Assembly (NCBI GenBank): GCA_003344405.1
Contig: NOWV01000018.1
Span: forward strand, 744,001 to 808,000
Source of the DNA: Trichoplax sp. H2
Taxonomy: Eukaryota
Length of the DNA: 64,000 nucleotides
Reading direction: 5' to 3'
Positions 25,459 through 44,321 of the stretch are shown here, piece after piece. A program made the position numbers and the translations under genes. Under the pieces are notes generated by a model. That model worked only from the letters and a program-made list of their open reading frames with translations, made no database searches and was not told the DNA's origin. Each line of letters starts with the position of its first letter. Position 1 is the stretch's first letter.

Positions 25459-27612
25459 GTTTTATTATTAAAATAGATCAATTTTTCTGATAAAAAGTAA
25501 ATGATTTATTGTAAATTAGGATTTATAAGCTATAGCATGAAGCGTATGACATGGATAGCGTAGTAGAAGTTTGTCATCAGTGGAGTAGCTAATTAATTAC
25601 CGGACTAACAACTAGAATCATACAGTACAACGACGTCTACATATTTTATTTCACGTAGTAATTGGCTGCCGTTGTATCCATTCTAATCGACGAAGACGAT
25701 CTCTCTTGAACAACTTGTAAGATCTTGTTTGGCCTATGATTAAAGGATATGATAACAAAATAATCTCATCATTGTCTACCGGAAAATCTGGACAATATTG
25801 TTATATTTTTCTTCTTTTACAACGTTGAAGGTGATCAAGCCAAGTGCAGATCGAAACGATGTTCTATATGGTATTCAATAGCAATGCCAACAAATAGCGG
25901 TAAACGTATCAAAACAGGAAAATATTGACTAAATATGACCAAGGTTAGCTACGATCAAGCTAGAAATATCCAAACAATTGCCTGTAACGGTAATAAATAC
26001 TCGTAGATAAGCAATTTGATCCTCCCCGGATAGTGTACTCCTACAGTATATATATGTATACAAGCAATATGAATTACAAATACAAGTATACAGTATAACC
26101 TATTCTATAGTAAGGTCTATACTATACCTCTAGAGTCCACTAGTCATTTTGTTATTCTATTCTGATTACAATTGAAAATAGCAAGATGACCATGAAATAA
26201 CAGTGGGATATCGATACTGTCACGTTTTCCTCTTTCAGATATGACCTCTATCATTCAATATCGATTTTAAATTGGTGTTGAAGACAGCTGATTTCGATCC
26301 CTAAGCAGCCTTTTTTCAAGCGAAAAGGTAGATGGTGACTATTATGAATATGTATTGAATCGTTTCCATGGCAATGGATGAAGACAAAGCGCATGTCACC
26401 ATGCTAAAAACTAGAGAGCTTGGACTTGGAACAGTCTACTGTTGCTAGTATGAGGAAGTGGGATATTGTTCTGTATGGCATAGCATTGTACAGTAAATGT
26501 ACACCCAATGTACAGTAGTCTAGCGTAGTAGGTGTTTTAGTAATGCCTGACTGTATATTAAGATGGAGTAAAGAAAGGCTTTCCAACCACCTTCTTTTAG
26601 GAACAAACCATGCAATAAGTATGGACGTATGGACAGTTTGGACACGTGGACCAGGCGTAATTGCAATTGCCAATTCATATTATTAACTTATACTATAACT
26701 GTAAATGCAAAGTTCCTTCGACTGTGCAATGCTGCCAAGAGACTATATGCAACTAGGCATCTTTACTAGCTCTACTGACAGCTAGGCAACGGAAGCAATG
26801 ATCAATCAGTACTAAACTTCAATTAAATTCTAGTGGGTTTGTTATTGTCTAATCCTGATAAAATCATGCTAATTAATAAAGTAGCCTAATGAATGGATCA
26901 GTACAGATCCAAAAGAGCTACAGGCTAGCTAGTGACATTCAATTTCCATAGCTGCTATCACAGCTGTTGCTCGAGCCGGCAGGTGCAGGATTGTGCAGCC
27001 ATCAATCGTGTGACTCTATGAGGACAGTATTGGCTGGCAGTAGATTATAACCCCGCTCAAATAAGTCAAGAATACAGTACAAAAGTACAACCTAAGTCAA
27101 AGAACAGGCTGTAACAAAGGGTTATAACTCAAATCAAAAACCAGGAATCACGAATAACCCGTGTTTTTTCCAACACTGTATATGGCTGGAATCCATATTG
27201 TAGATGATAGTCGAATCCGCTCGCAAATTATCACCGCTCGAACAGGCCGATGGTGCCAGTATAAATGAAGTCTTCACTTTCCTTTACGGTGGTGTGTATA
27301 AGCGAAGTACAGTAAATAGAATCTGCAGTACCTTGCCCACTGCACCGTAGAGTCTACAGTACAGGATACTGTACTAGGTTACAGTACTGTACACTGTACT
27401 GGACTGTATCGATCGATTTCGGTACGGTACCTTAATTAATAAAAGAAGGCGGGCGAAGGCATAAGACAAGACTTAGGACACCTCCAGCTCATGACTCTGA
27501 ATCATTCCATCTTGATCAGCTCTATATTTGCCAATAAATCTACTATCAAGTTTTCTATTCCTATTAAGCCTAGCTCAAAGTACTCAATAACAACCAAGAC
27601 AATTAATTGATC

Positions 27613-29902
27613 ATGGAGTTTCGAATGATTCTTTTGGCTATCGTCACTTTTTTATTAGCTTATAATTATGATCTTGATCCAAATTCGAAAAGGGAAGCCG
27701 ATACCATCCAAGGTTGGCAGCAACAGCTGGATTTAGACAGTGCCAATTCTCAAATTCGAATCGCTGTTGGGTAAATGATCTCTAGTTTAATGAATGATAC
27801 AATAGATGATGGTGTTATTAGCTTACTATATGCAATAGAGCTGTAGAATCTACATGAAATATGATGGTGTTCATCTTTATTGCAAAGATGAACGATAGAT
27901 TAAGGTACTCAATTCATTTACTCGTACGTCTGTAAAATGTACCAGCATGTCAGAAAGTTCCTGGAGATGCTGTCATCCAAATCGTAAATGGCAGTGTTAT
28001 GTCACCATTAGAATGGATGCCCCAGATAATTCGATTAGGCTTGAATTTGATGTTTGAAACTGTAATTTAACCTTCATAAATGCAACAAGTGTACTTAGAA
28101 TGGACGTGATAAATCACTCTAAAATTGTAAGACTTATCAGCGAAGTAAAGTAGTCAAATGGAATCAGATATTCAAAATACTATCATACAAGACACAATTT
28201 ACCAAATGAGAAGTGAATGAGTTGACTTTTGTATCGGTCTAATAGATCACTTTAATAGATCTACTTCAAAGTTAAGAAAAACATGACCATATCAACATAC
28301 TGTAGTATATTTGTTGTGATCTCTTACTGTTTGCACATCTGGATTGTTTTACAATAAACGTAATTAATTTTCATTCTAGATTGAATGCTAATGTTGACTT
28401 GATCTTACCCGGCGTTGATCTATTAAACGAGTTGGGAGCTAAACCTAATGGCACTAGTGATCATTTGTTATTGAGAAATATCAACGATGTTCAAGACTGT
28501 TTTGCACGCTCCATGAAATCTTGCTCTGCAGCGGAAAGGACTATGGAATCTAGGACACTATATCAGGAAATTGTTGCCAGCGCCGAGAAAATTAAACTTG
28601 CTAGGGTATTTTATTGAGCCTCTCATTCATTTCAAACATATATTATTATAAGTGTTTATAATATGAACTTGACTAAGGACAAATCTAATGGAATTTAGCA
28701 TCGTATTGGAGGGAATGCTGCACTCTTGGGAGAAACTATAGCTAACCTTTTACCTAATGCATCAGTAAGTTCATTATTGAACCAATAGTCAGACTTAATA
28801 AATGGCCATAGATCTTAGCATAATATGATCTTGATAGAAAATTATAGCTATAACTGCACGTATTGCCATTGCTTTACTGCCATCCAGTATATTAATTTTA
28901 CCGCATGCGGTATCTTGGTGTTATCGATTTTACTAGATATTACTTGTTGGACCTGTAGGCCCTAGGCTAAAATCCTTATTAAATCCCAGAATTAAGGTTC
29001 CTGTTGTTGCAGAGCAAGATGAAGTTCACTTAATTTTAGAATATGAAAGAGACGAGAAATGGGGTGATATCAAAGCTTCATGTGCTAATCGATTTATTAT
29101 GTCCAACGATATTGCTAATTCCGACTTGCAAGCGATTGAAACTTTTGCTAAAAATCTAAAAGAATTTCAACCTAATGTGGTTGTTATCTCCGGCCTACAC
29201 CTTATGGAGAATAAACCGAAAGAATTTAGGATGCGCAAGTTAAAAGCTATGATTGAGATTCTAGGCACTTTGCCAAGTCAAATCCCAATCCACCTTGAAC
29301 TTGCAAGTATGGCGGATATCGATTTTGTTCGTGATGTTGTTAACACTCTCTTACCTCATATTAATTCACTTGGCTTAAATGAACAAGAGTTACACGCTGT
29401 TTCGCGTGCGTTAAATGGGCCTCATACCAAAGAGGATTGGACAGGAACTCCAGAGATTGCCCTTGTTGGTGACATCTTATACTGGCTACTACACAAATTC
29501 AGCCAGCTTGAGGATTCAAAATTATCCCGTATTCACTTTCATTCTCTAACTTATCACATAGTAAGCCAGCTAGCAGGAAGTTGGAATAATTCTTTAACTG
29601 CTACAGGAGCTGCAGCTCGATTAGCTGGTTTAAGAGCCTGTAATAGACCTGAAATTGTACCTCAAGAGGTTGAGTTACAACTTCCTTCAGCCTTTATTGT
29701 TTCTCTGACTAATTCTACGTTACGCCGATCTGCTATCATTTATGATCCTCGTAAACCTGTTAGCAAATGGAGCAGGGGTAGTATAGATATGTTCTTAAGC
29801 CCTGTATTGGTTTGTAAAAAGCCGAGAGAAACGGTTGGATTAGGTGATGCCATTTCTGGCACGGGCTTATTGTATTCGAAATTTATCAATTCGAAGATAT
29901 AA
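27613..29902 (+). CDS. ADPGK: ADP-dependent glucokinase; exons 27613-27770, 28380-28605, 28699-28764, 28937-29902
   Basis: Hydrophobic N-terminal signal/anchor; motifs IAVGLNANVDL, SAAER, IGGNAAL, DEVHLILEY, ANRFI, HLELASM, SLGLNEQEL, RIHFHSL and TVGLGDAIS. Confidence 0.95.
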
Positions 29903-32900
29903 TCAATAATGATGTATCTTGTTACCTTTTATTAAATATATTGAATTTGCTGTCTTTAGTTTAAACTATTTCCATTTTAGATATTACCTATCCAGGTTAT
30001 AAAGTATTTATTTTCTTTTACTGTAAATAATTATGAATGTAGTAAATGAGTAAAAACGATAGCATTATGAAATTTGTGAACACACTAAATTACGTAGAAC
30101 TTCATAAAACTTTAACTGGCTTTGTCCCCGTTAAATTGTATTAGCTTATCCATGGTCGACAAACAATGCGTACTTTTTTCAATTCGAGAATATATTTTCC
30201 TTTAAATGGTAAAGCAACCAGGAAGTTATTATCCTGAAATGAATTTCGTAAAGTACTCGTACTGAATTTAAAAAGCTATGGCCATTTAGCCAACATCTGA
30301 ATTATATAAGATTAAGCTGATTTGTATCTAATAATATAGAAAAAATAAAGTGTATCATGTATGATTTCAAATAAAACAATGTAGCAGCTAAGTAAATATA
30401 AGGAAGACAATTGTCTATGAGTATTTCATAATCAAGGAGGCGAATACAAATCTTTGATATTGTATCGCATTATGTAGTACTGTAGTACTATAGTTTTTAA
30501 TTTATAATACTGTATTTCCATAACATGACTTATCACTAAACGATGAGTAGTAATCCAATAAACAGATTTAACTGGCTTACTCGCTGAAGATGATAATTTC
30601 TATGCGATTCGAAAATATCGATATAGGGTAGACGCAAGATAAGTGTCGCTTGATAATAGCTACGAAAGAAAAGTTGGCTTACAGAATTTGACAGTGTCTA
30701 TAGCCATAAATTACTTGCTTAAATACATTAATGAAAACAGCTAGTTGTATTGTTTTGATATATCAGTTGTAGTACATACCGGTACTTAGTTAACAGATAA
30801 ACTTATTTCTTTTCAATGCGTCAATATCGCGTAGACTAATAACTTAATACCTCATTTGTTCTCGTATATTTATTACTAATCGTTAAAGTAAATGATGGCT
30901 TCAAATTGTTTAATTTCATTTTATATCTGAAAGTGGTACATTTAGTAAACTTGGCGAATAATAGCTGTAGATAATGCAAAATTTTATTATTAGGAAGAGT
31001 CTATGATATGGCACCACTATACTCTACAGCGATTTATTGCAACTTATTTTATGAAGTAAAATACAATATTCAGTCAAACGTTCGCCCCAAATTCTTCCAT
31101 ATTCTAGGGTTCAATCGCATTATTAAAATTAAAGATTTTTGATCGCTGTCTGGTATCCCATTTAGAGTGTTTCATATATTATTAACTCGATTTGATAACT
31201 GAAAATACATTGTTTACTTAACTAATTACAGTAAATGCAGAACTAACTTTCTGTTAATCAAAAGCAAAGTACCGAGTATCTCGAATATACTGTAGTAAAT
31301 TCGATTTATTTACCGCCTGAATAATAAGCAATATAGCGCAGGATTTAGGAATTAACGGATGTCATCCTCTTGATATTTTTTTTAAAATACGGTCATGAAA
31401 GGGCATGATTAATTTTTTCTCATAAAATGAAAGCTAGAAGCAAATTAAATGGCTTGACTATTAATAGTTTAGTAAAGCTAAATAGATAAAATCAGTATGC
31501 TGGAAAATCAACAGGTGGTTTTATTAATTATATCGTTTCCAATATCTACTCTCTGATAATTATTAGTAGTGAAAAGACCAACTCATTCAAAAGTTTCCTA
31601 ATGACAGGGAGTGCTGGCTTTATCAGCAAAGTGTACATATATATCTTAAGTTTATATAATAGTAACTTAAATCATGAATAACAGGCAGAAATCAACGAAA
31701 TAAAAATTAAGTTACGATCAAAATCAAAATTATACGCATGGCCATCATCCTATAGCAGTGTTTATATGTTATACTAGATTTGAGTTATAATCAGATAGAA
31801 AACCTTAAAAATTCTGTTATAGATGGAAGTATTAACAAACAAAAGGAAGTAATTGACGAATTCGATGAAAAGAGGACGGAAACATTACTTTAATCGCGTC
31901 AACGAAGAAGTATTACCTTCTTCTTGGACTATTGATCTCATAATTTAATTATAGATGATGACTTAAGTAGGTCCGTTATTAAAATTACAATTGGTGTCAT
32001 TTATATTCTTACATTAACGAAATGACTACTGCCAATCAGAATGATAGCAAATTGAATGGAAAATCATAAAGGGATTTCAATCGACGTATGATGACGACAG
32101 CAAACACGGAAGTTTAGAAAAATTTATTTGTTTAAACCAGTATAAGATTCATTTGTTAATTTCTTGTTACGATTTTGACTCAATCTTAGGATTATTATCA
32201 GGCTATCAATAGGTCTTCAACTACTAGATTGATTTTAGTTGATATCGATCCGAGCAAATTGATACTACTATTGAGTCGATGAATACTTTCAAGTAGTAGC
32301 ATCATCTTTTATTTCATCATTATAGGTGTTCATGATCGGTAAGGTTGTACTTAATTTGCTTTATAAATTTATGGAACACAATTCACTAATTAAGAAACAA
32401 TCATACATCATCAGTCCATTACAATAACATTTTTTTTATTTTGATGGTAATCATAGAATAGAATTTTAAATCACATAGTAGAATACTATAAAGAGCAATT
32501 GATAGAAATATCCAGTCAGTAACTATTGTAATAGAACTCCTAATGACTGGCTAATCCTTATCATTTCATGAAAGGTTAGCTATCTAAGAGGCTTAATTGT
32601 CATTGTTTGACCTTTAATTACCTCTTAATATCACACAGAATAGTATATGAGAGGTCAATCGATGTACGATAGTTGTATCATTATTTCAATACTTTTCTGC
32701 ACAATAAATTACGCATTTTATTTTCTTCAGGCCCTAGGCATCGAAAAACATCAAAAAGAGGCCGATCTATTGAACGTTTTTCTTATCATTAACTCTATTA
32801 AGCGAATCAATTTACATTTTTAGATAGCTACAACGATGATAATTATTAATGACGACAGCAACGGGCACAACCTATTAATGATAATTATGGATTCATTAAG

Positions 32901-34517
32901 TGACTGCTAAGATATTTCTTTTTTCATACTATTCTCATCAGTTCTATTAGGAGCACCACTTTAGGCTATTCTCCTCATCATTTGTCACCATAATGTAGAT
33001 TAAGATTTGATTATAACTCTATAATTGCAGTTCTAGATGGCATAATAACATCTTGGCTAACTATCAGATTAAGAGGATTATTAATTTTGAAAAATAAAAA
33101 ACAAACCTACCAATGATTAGCATTGAGAATAGAATAGAATGAGAACCTGAATAGATTAATCACATCAAGAGGATAACATCACACAATTGGACGCTAATTT
33201 TATTAAAATTTGATTTTTGGCAGTTTGCAGACTCGATTTAATAGAATAAATGAAATGATATTAAATGTAAACAAAAATAGTTTAAAGTTGAAAATCGACA
33301 AAATTCAAATCCATTCAACGGAATTAATAAACCATTTCCATTATAGTACTGATGTAACCTATACATTGCATATCTACGCTGGTTACGTGCATACTAAATT
33401 ACGAAACGTTAACATTTATACCATGATATGCGATATCTGCCCAATCTATCTATTAACATAATGTACCATCTGCCTCATTTAGAGGTTGTTGTTTATCCGC
33501 CATCAACTTAGTGAATAAATCTACTCCTTACAATCAATCTGTAATTGTAACACTAACAGAATTATATATAACTAACACTCGAATTACGTGATAGAACAAC
33601 ACCAAATGCCACATTTTATGTTTTACTATATATGAAAAACTGGCAGCAATAAATGCAAAAAGGAATAGCAATGGCTGTATTAACTTATCTATGAATATAT
33701 CGCTATCCCTATTTCATATAGTTTGTGATGGATCTGGTAATGGAGTATCGAAGAATTAGAGGGAAAAAGTGAATAATAAAATCATTCTCCATACTGCATT
33801 ATAATAAAGAAAACGTATAAAGTAAAGTGTGGGATGGAATCAATAAGAGATAGGTGTGAGTAAAAAGCAAAAGAATCTGTTCCTCCTTGTTTTCTGGCTC
33901 ATTTTAATTGGATTATTTGACAATGACCACTGTCAGTGCATACTTTGCTTAATTTATTATTCTCCAGTTATTTAGTTGAATAAGGTCATCAATGTCCTTG
34001 TACATCATTTCTACTGTCTTTCCTCGCCTACCGAATAACAATCAATCGATAAATTATTCTCATCAGCAGTAGGTCTATTTGCTCTGCATGATGGCATTCT
34101 CTCGCCTGTACAATAATTACAATGACTCTCTTCGTCTTCTCAAAGGATGGGTATAATCCTACGCAAGCTCTCAATTTAACTTGAATAAAAAAGTTAGCAT
34201 AGCTAATATTTGAATTAGTCATGTTCCAATCCTGTTGTTGATAATAGTATTGTGCAAAATTAAACAATTAAAGTAGTTCCGAATTCTAGCATTGACGGTA
34301 CCAACACATCTGTAACAGCTAGCTAACGGCCTCATACCTACTACAACATTGATATTTCTATGCTTCTGTAAGTGGCCAAAATCCATTTTTTAACTTTCGT
34401 AACAAATGAAATCTTTCTCAATTTACTATAAGCTATAAATATTATTCGTTTTTCATCCATCGATTGATATATTTAGGTTCCAATAAGAGCAAATCTATAC
34501 AAATTTGAACTTCAACC

Positions 34518-37500
34518 ATGAAAGCCCGCATGAGAATATCATCTTGTAATTATACTTGGCTCTATCTTACTCTGCTGCAAATCTTTGTCTACGCTATTAC
34601 CTGTAGCAATGGCTTAGGATGCCCTCATTGCAATCGCCAGAAGTGTAAATACCCCACTAATTGTCCCGGTGGCTTAACTTACGAACCATATTGTGGATGT
34701 TGCTTAGTTTGTGCAAAGGTACTTGGAGAATCGTGTGGTGGACCATGGGGATCTTCGGGTCATTGTGACAAAGACTTAGAATGTTATATCAGCCCATTCG
34801 CATATACTAAAGGTTCATCAATCGGAGTTTGCCGACGTAAGTTGTCTTATTGAAAAAGTAGGAATTGAAAAATTAGATTATTAATAATTTTAGGGGGAGA
34901 TTTATGTTCTAAATAAAAGTACCACACTTTTCATTTTACTTCCTATTTATTTTGTATGGTATCGAGTACTTGTATAGCTATAGGTACGGCACAAAGCTAT
35001 CAAGTGGCAAGGGATTAAAAAGTTTTTAATATTCCATAATCACTAGGTCTGACTTAAGCATATTATGGTCGAGTTTAGATCGTAATCTATTTAATATCAG
35101 ATAGGATTTTTTACAAATTTATATATGTAGAATAATCATTGTAACCATTTATACGAAGATAGTTTGTGAAGATGGTGAAAAATTTTCTTCAATTCGTTGT
35201 AACCGTTCAAATATGTCTCTCTAACACTAGAAAATAATTGCAATATTATGTAATATAGCGCTACATGGGCACTACCATCTCACTAAGTTAGATGTAAACA
35301 AAGTAGAATACGGGTATGGCTATTTTTGGTATCTTTGTTTGCTTATGGCCCTTTTCTATGAGGGGTGTAAACATTAGTAGCGCTTTCTGGGATTAATAAG
35401 TAAACTTGTAGCTTAGGTAGAAGAAATTTAGGTTCCAATCGTTAAAATTAGTTATCCGATTGTAATGTCCCCTACTAAATCATATCATGATTTATTTCTG
35501 CAGTTCTATATAATCAGATGGTTGATGAAACACTAGATGATGAATTAAAAACACAAATGTAAAAATGTCGCTGAGTCTATAAAATTTTTCTAGTTAAATA
35601 TCAACACTGACCAGACATCACTACATTTCCTAATTTAATTTAGGTTGCACATTCCAATTGTCAATGAACCCTAGATTAACGTGATATAGCAGTTTAATTG
35701 CCCTATATCTAACTAACTGAATTTTAATTTAAGCGTGCTATAGAAAGTATTAATATCTAACAATTTCATTTGTAAGAATGCAAATGAGCCCACCTAAGTT
35801 AATTAGTTAAAAGCTTCATGCTGCTTAATAATCGGATGAAAGTATAAACTATAAGGGTTGGTCAAGAGAAGTAGCAGAACAATAATATTAGTCGTTATTC
35901 GTGGTGTGATTACATCAAATAGTTTTAATCTTTTAAGGTTGTATTTACCAGAGCTACTGGTCGTGGATCTTTCATATAACATTCACCTTTCTATTTTCGA
36001 AAGTTAAAACAATGATATGATGGATATTATTTTTCTCCAATAATCTCCATCAACTTGAAATTTTTCCAACTTTTTTTATTAACAATACATTGATTTATAT
36101 AGATGTTTTATATTTACAGCACGTGCCACATTAGTAAGAGTTTAAGCGATAATTTAGCAAATTATCTTTTTCCAACTAATAACACCTATTAATGCTAGGG
36201 CTACCCGTTATGTTGCATATAATGAAAATTATAGTGGCTACAGTATACCATAGATCGTAGGTCTTGGCTTTGACAAGGGCAAATTTATTACCAATCCTAG
36301 AGTGATTTTATTATGCTTCAACTGCATGCATATCATTAATTCACTATTTTGTCCGTTATTTTTCCACTTATACAGTAGCTCACCTGGATAGGCTGTTTAT
36401 AATTGGCAAGTATTGTCTAGTATAGTGTTATTAAATAATTGCGGGCCGTGTGTCGAAGCTCTTTATGGATAAAAGATTATCTACGACATACTGAGGTAAT
36501 TAAAATCATATTATTAATTATCAGCTATAATCCATGCCGCTATCTCGGCGCTAGATTCTTCTATACCGTTAATTAGTTTAAAAATAACAAAAGAATTCCA
36601 TCGCTGATGCCTTAAAGCACGAATAACCTTTTAGTAGATGTAAAATTTCATCGATTAATGAGCTACTTCTAACTTTCTAGGATAAGATATTAGCAGGCTC
36701 GTTGCTTAAACTATATCATCATACAGTATGTACGAAGTTCATAGGCATCTGCCATTAAACTGCATTACTTGGGGGTGTTGTTTGGATTCGCCATTAGAAG
36801 TATTAATTTATTACTGATGAACTATTTACACGAGATTGTTGAATACGTAAATACATGAAAATCTTCACTTACATTGCAAAGTGAAGCTTTTAGATAAAAC
36901 AACAAACAGTGTCTATATACGGCGTAGATATACATTATGGTCAATTTTGAGTTAGCTGATGTGTATGAAGATAGCAGACCGATTGCAGAGCAGTAAAATC
37001 CATTTTTAATGACATAACAAATGTGGAAAATTAGCATCAATTCGGCCTAGCTCTTTTGTTTGAAACCATGATAGCAGCTTATTTAGGGCTCATGTGAAGC
37101 TCTACGGTATGCTATGGCATTTATTAGATGATCACTCGATAAGGCCTATGTAATACTATATTCTAATTTCGTTCCTAAGATTGTGCATCACATTCGCTCA
37201 TGGCTATACGATTTAAACAATTAATTTGATCCTCTCATAATTGCTCACAAAAAGGATTGCTATACAATTAGAAGTAATCACGCATCATCAGTTTATATGG
37301 ATACTATTTATAATCTCTCTTTACGGCGTAAGTCTTAATATTAAAGCATCGATTCTTAAACATACCGCAGATATACCTGTCAGTGGATACGCTGCTGCAC
37401 CGACATTTTCTACCTGTAGACCGGCTTGTACTCCAGAATATTGCATGAAAGATCATACAGCAATCTGCTCTGCAACGTAAGTGCAATATAGAAATAGCTA

Positions 37501-38026
37501 ACGATAGGCTCTAATATTACAGTAAAGCACTGAACCTCTAACTAGTCAATTTCCTGCTAAAAATATCACAATATTCTATGATAGATAATTTTTCTATTTT
37601 ATTTTTTCAAGTAATAATGCTATAGAGATCAAAGCTTGTAGAGGTGGATGTCAACATACTAGTTGTGATGCATGCAGCTATATTCCAGTCTGCCATAAAT
37701 GTGCAGTGGATGATTTTAAATGTTTGAAACGTTATGGTCGATGTCTTAAACGTAAACGATGCAATCGAAGTACATTTCCGTGTCCAGCGTCTCAGAAGGT
37801 TAGAATATTTTGATTGGATAGCAATTTATAATATGTTGATGATTGCAAATTCCCATTCAAGTTGTACCAACGTTATATCTTTACATTTGTTTTTGTCGCT
37901 GAATAGGGATCTTCTAACACATATCATAAAATGAAACATGGAATATTTCAATGTGGTGTCCCTGATTGTATTCCGATAACAGAAGCTCCAACGAATGCTA
38001 CAGCAACTGTGACTACTGATGGTTGA
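34518..38026 (+). CDS. Secreted IGFBP N-terminal (IB) domain protein with C-terminal 16-Cys domain, about 243 aa; exons 34518-34836, 37371-37476, 37612-37798, 37907-38026
   Basis: Signal-peptide-like N-terminus; 12-Cys IB domain with CGCCLVCAKVLGESCGG...C...L-EC...GVC; downstream exons join in frame via GT-AG introns. Confidence 0.85.
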
Positions 38027-38984
38027 GAAATCGTTCCCGGCATTCTTGAAAAATATTTTCCGTGACTGAATATAATAAGTAACGTAAATAAGATAAGTAA
38101 ATAAAACTGCGGTATAAAATTTGGCTCACTAGTTCATTGGTTCGATCTATTGGGCCAAACTTGGCGTAGCTATCTAAAATTCATAGCAATTATTAAAGCT
38201 AAATATGAATACGAGTAAATTATAAAAAACGACAATACTCACTTTACTAAAAAGAAATAATTTTTATTGGAAAGCTTATTTTCGGATAACTGGGATGTAA
38301 AGCTTCAGCTAAAATTAGCTAACTATCAATCTCTCCGATTAAAAATATACTTGTATAACTACTACAAAAGTAGGGATACAGCGCTACATACTGTTATCCA
38401 TAATAATACGATGATAACAAAGTAAATAACAGCCGCTTACTTTTAAAAGTATCCTATTTCTAAGTCATCTAATTAAAACGAAATATTAGCTATTAATACT
38501 AGGTAGAAATATAATACTGTAATGAGTTGGTGACTTCAGAAAATTTGTCTCATGCAATTAGCATAGCTCGTTCGTCGTCAACGAGAGTATATTTTCTGCA
38601 ACTTTTATTCTCTGCATATATAATTATCGATATCGTAATAGCATTTAGCAAAAAAGATTTTATAGAATAAAACCTCTTTATTTGCTAACGTTTCTTATAC
38701 GCAACTGCACAATAATTCGCCTATTGGGATAGGTACCTTTATACAATATATTAAACGTTACAATTGTATGTAATGGCTTATAATTTACAGTTAATAAAAG
38801 AATTTCTTCAATGTCTTTGCCTAAAACTAAGGCTTCAATAAGGTCATAGGGTGTGGTAAATCAAAATATACATGGACATAGAGTAACGGCTTATACCTTA
38901 ACATAATAGATTCTTATGGTATTTAATTCAAAAATAGTGAATTGCTTGAGGGCCTTAGAACGGTTACTTCATTACCGTCAGTAA

Positions 38985-42806
<3,822 letters not shown>

Positions 42807-43534
42807 GATTAAGTGTTTGTATGCAGTATCAATGACTCGACACGACAGAGCTAGTAGCCAGTTCGAGTCTGTCCGTACTGGCTTGGAGTCTTCCATTGGT
42901 ATCAAATGTATTTTACTATGGACATTACTTTACCACACTCCATATCGAACTAGCCATTGCCATGGTTATGTGTCAGCCTGTGTTGTCTTACTATGCAATC
43001 CAGTACTGTGGTTACAGGGGGCATAGTATATGACACTCTTGTACCCTGAACAGTAGTAAATACGCCTACTGAACTGTGTCTGTACCTCTTGATTTGGTGT
43101 ACAGTATAGAAAATGTTTCTTAGCCGTAGCCATTTTGCAGAAGATTGCATAAATTACTTTGTCAATCGAATAATATATCTGTAGGACAGTCACTAGGACT
43201 GCTTTAAAAGGTAGCATACAAAGTAATTTATGCAAAACGCCTAGACCTAGTGGCTCTCTTTTCCTCTAGTAAAGTTAAGGAGAGGCTGAGCTGGGAAAGA
43301 GTCGTTCAGTCTAATACCGGACCGATTATTTGGATGGTCCGTTGAGCTCTGCAACGACTGTACTATCAATAATTTGTTATTAGAATGACCAGAAAAATGA
43401 TCAAGCTCCGCATTTTCTTCCTCTGAGTGGGTACTTCTTGTCCCTCATTCATTTCACTAGTAAAATGAAAGAAATGTCAAACTCACTCTAGTCCTTTCCA
43501 GTAAAAATCCCACACTATTCATCGGCCATGAAAT

Positions 43535-44200
43535 GTAACCATCTACACTACAGCAAAATAGGACAGACCTGATAGGATTAGCTATACGAAAGCACTGCAC
43601 TTCCAAGAGGCGACAGACGGCAATCTTGTAGTCATTGTATCCGATCAAAGGCTATCAAGTAGCAACGATTGCAATATTGGAGATCAAAATTGCAGATGGA
43701 GGAATGCACTCTTTCTATTTTTTATCCATTTATGATATATTGTGGCACCATTTGTGTGCTTGTCACCATCTACTGCCTTGTACTGTAAACACAGTATATA
43801 TAGTACAGCCAAAGGAGGCTACAGACAGCAATCTTGTAGTCATTCTATCCCATCAAAGGCTACCTAAGTAGCAACGATTGCAATATTGTGGATCAAAATT
43901 ATAGATACAAGAGTGCATTCTTTCTTTCTCTCTATTTTGGATCCATTTGTGTGCTTGTAAAAGTAACCATCTACCGTAAACACACTACAGCAAAATGAGA
44001 CACCTGATATACTGTAGATAGCACTGACTCGCTATACGAAAGCACTGTTCTTCCAAGAGGCGACAGACGGCAATCTTGTAGTCATTGTATCCGATCAAAG
44101 GCTATCAAGTAGCAACGATTGCAATATTGTGGTCTACAAGGAATGCATTCCTTCTTTCTCTCTATTTTTTGTTCCATTTGTGGCACAATTTAGGTGCTTA
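43535..44200. repeat. Three-copy local tandem duplication, about 210-240 bp unit
   Basis: caatcttgtagtcatt...tcaaaggcta...aagtagcaacgattgcaatattg at 43621, 43829 and 44071; gt(a/c)accatctac at 43535, 43762 and 43962. Confidence 0.85.
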
Positions 44201-44321
44201 TTGCAGTTCTTGGAGATGATGTTTTTGCATGTACGCCTGCGTGGACATTTGCATAAACGCCGCGAAAAATGGCCTTTAAATTATACATTTCAATAGCTAG
44301 GCCTGACCAGGTGATGGATGC

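Noticed and set aside
34028-34267. 79-aa minus-strand ORF upstream of the IGFBP gene
   Set aside because: Non-ATG start, no recognisable motif and no consistent exon chain.
30000-34300. Hidden gene or mobile element in the longest intergenic tract
   Set aside because: No splice-consistent ORF, terminal repeats or RNA-gene motif seen; probably regulatory DNA for the IGFBP-domain gene.
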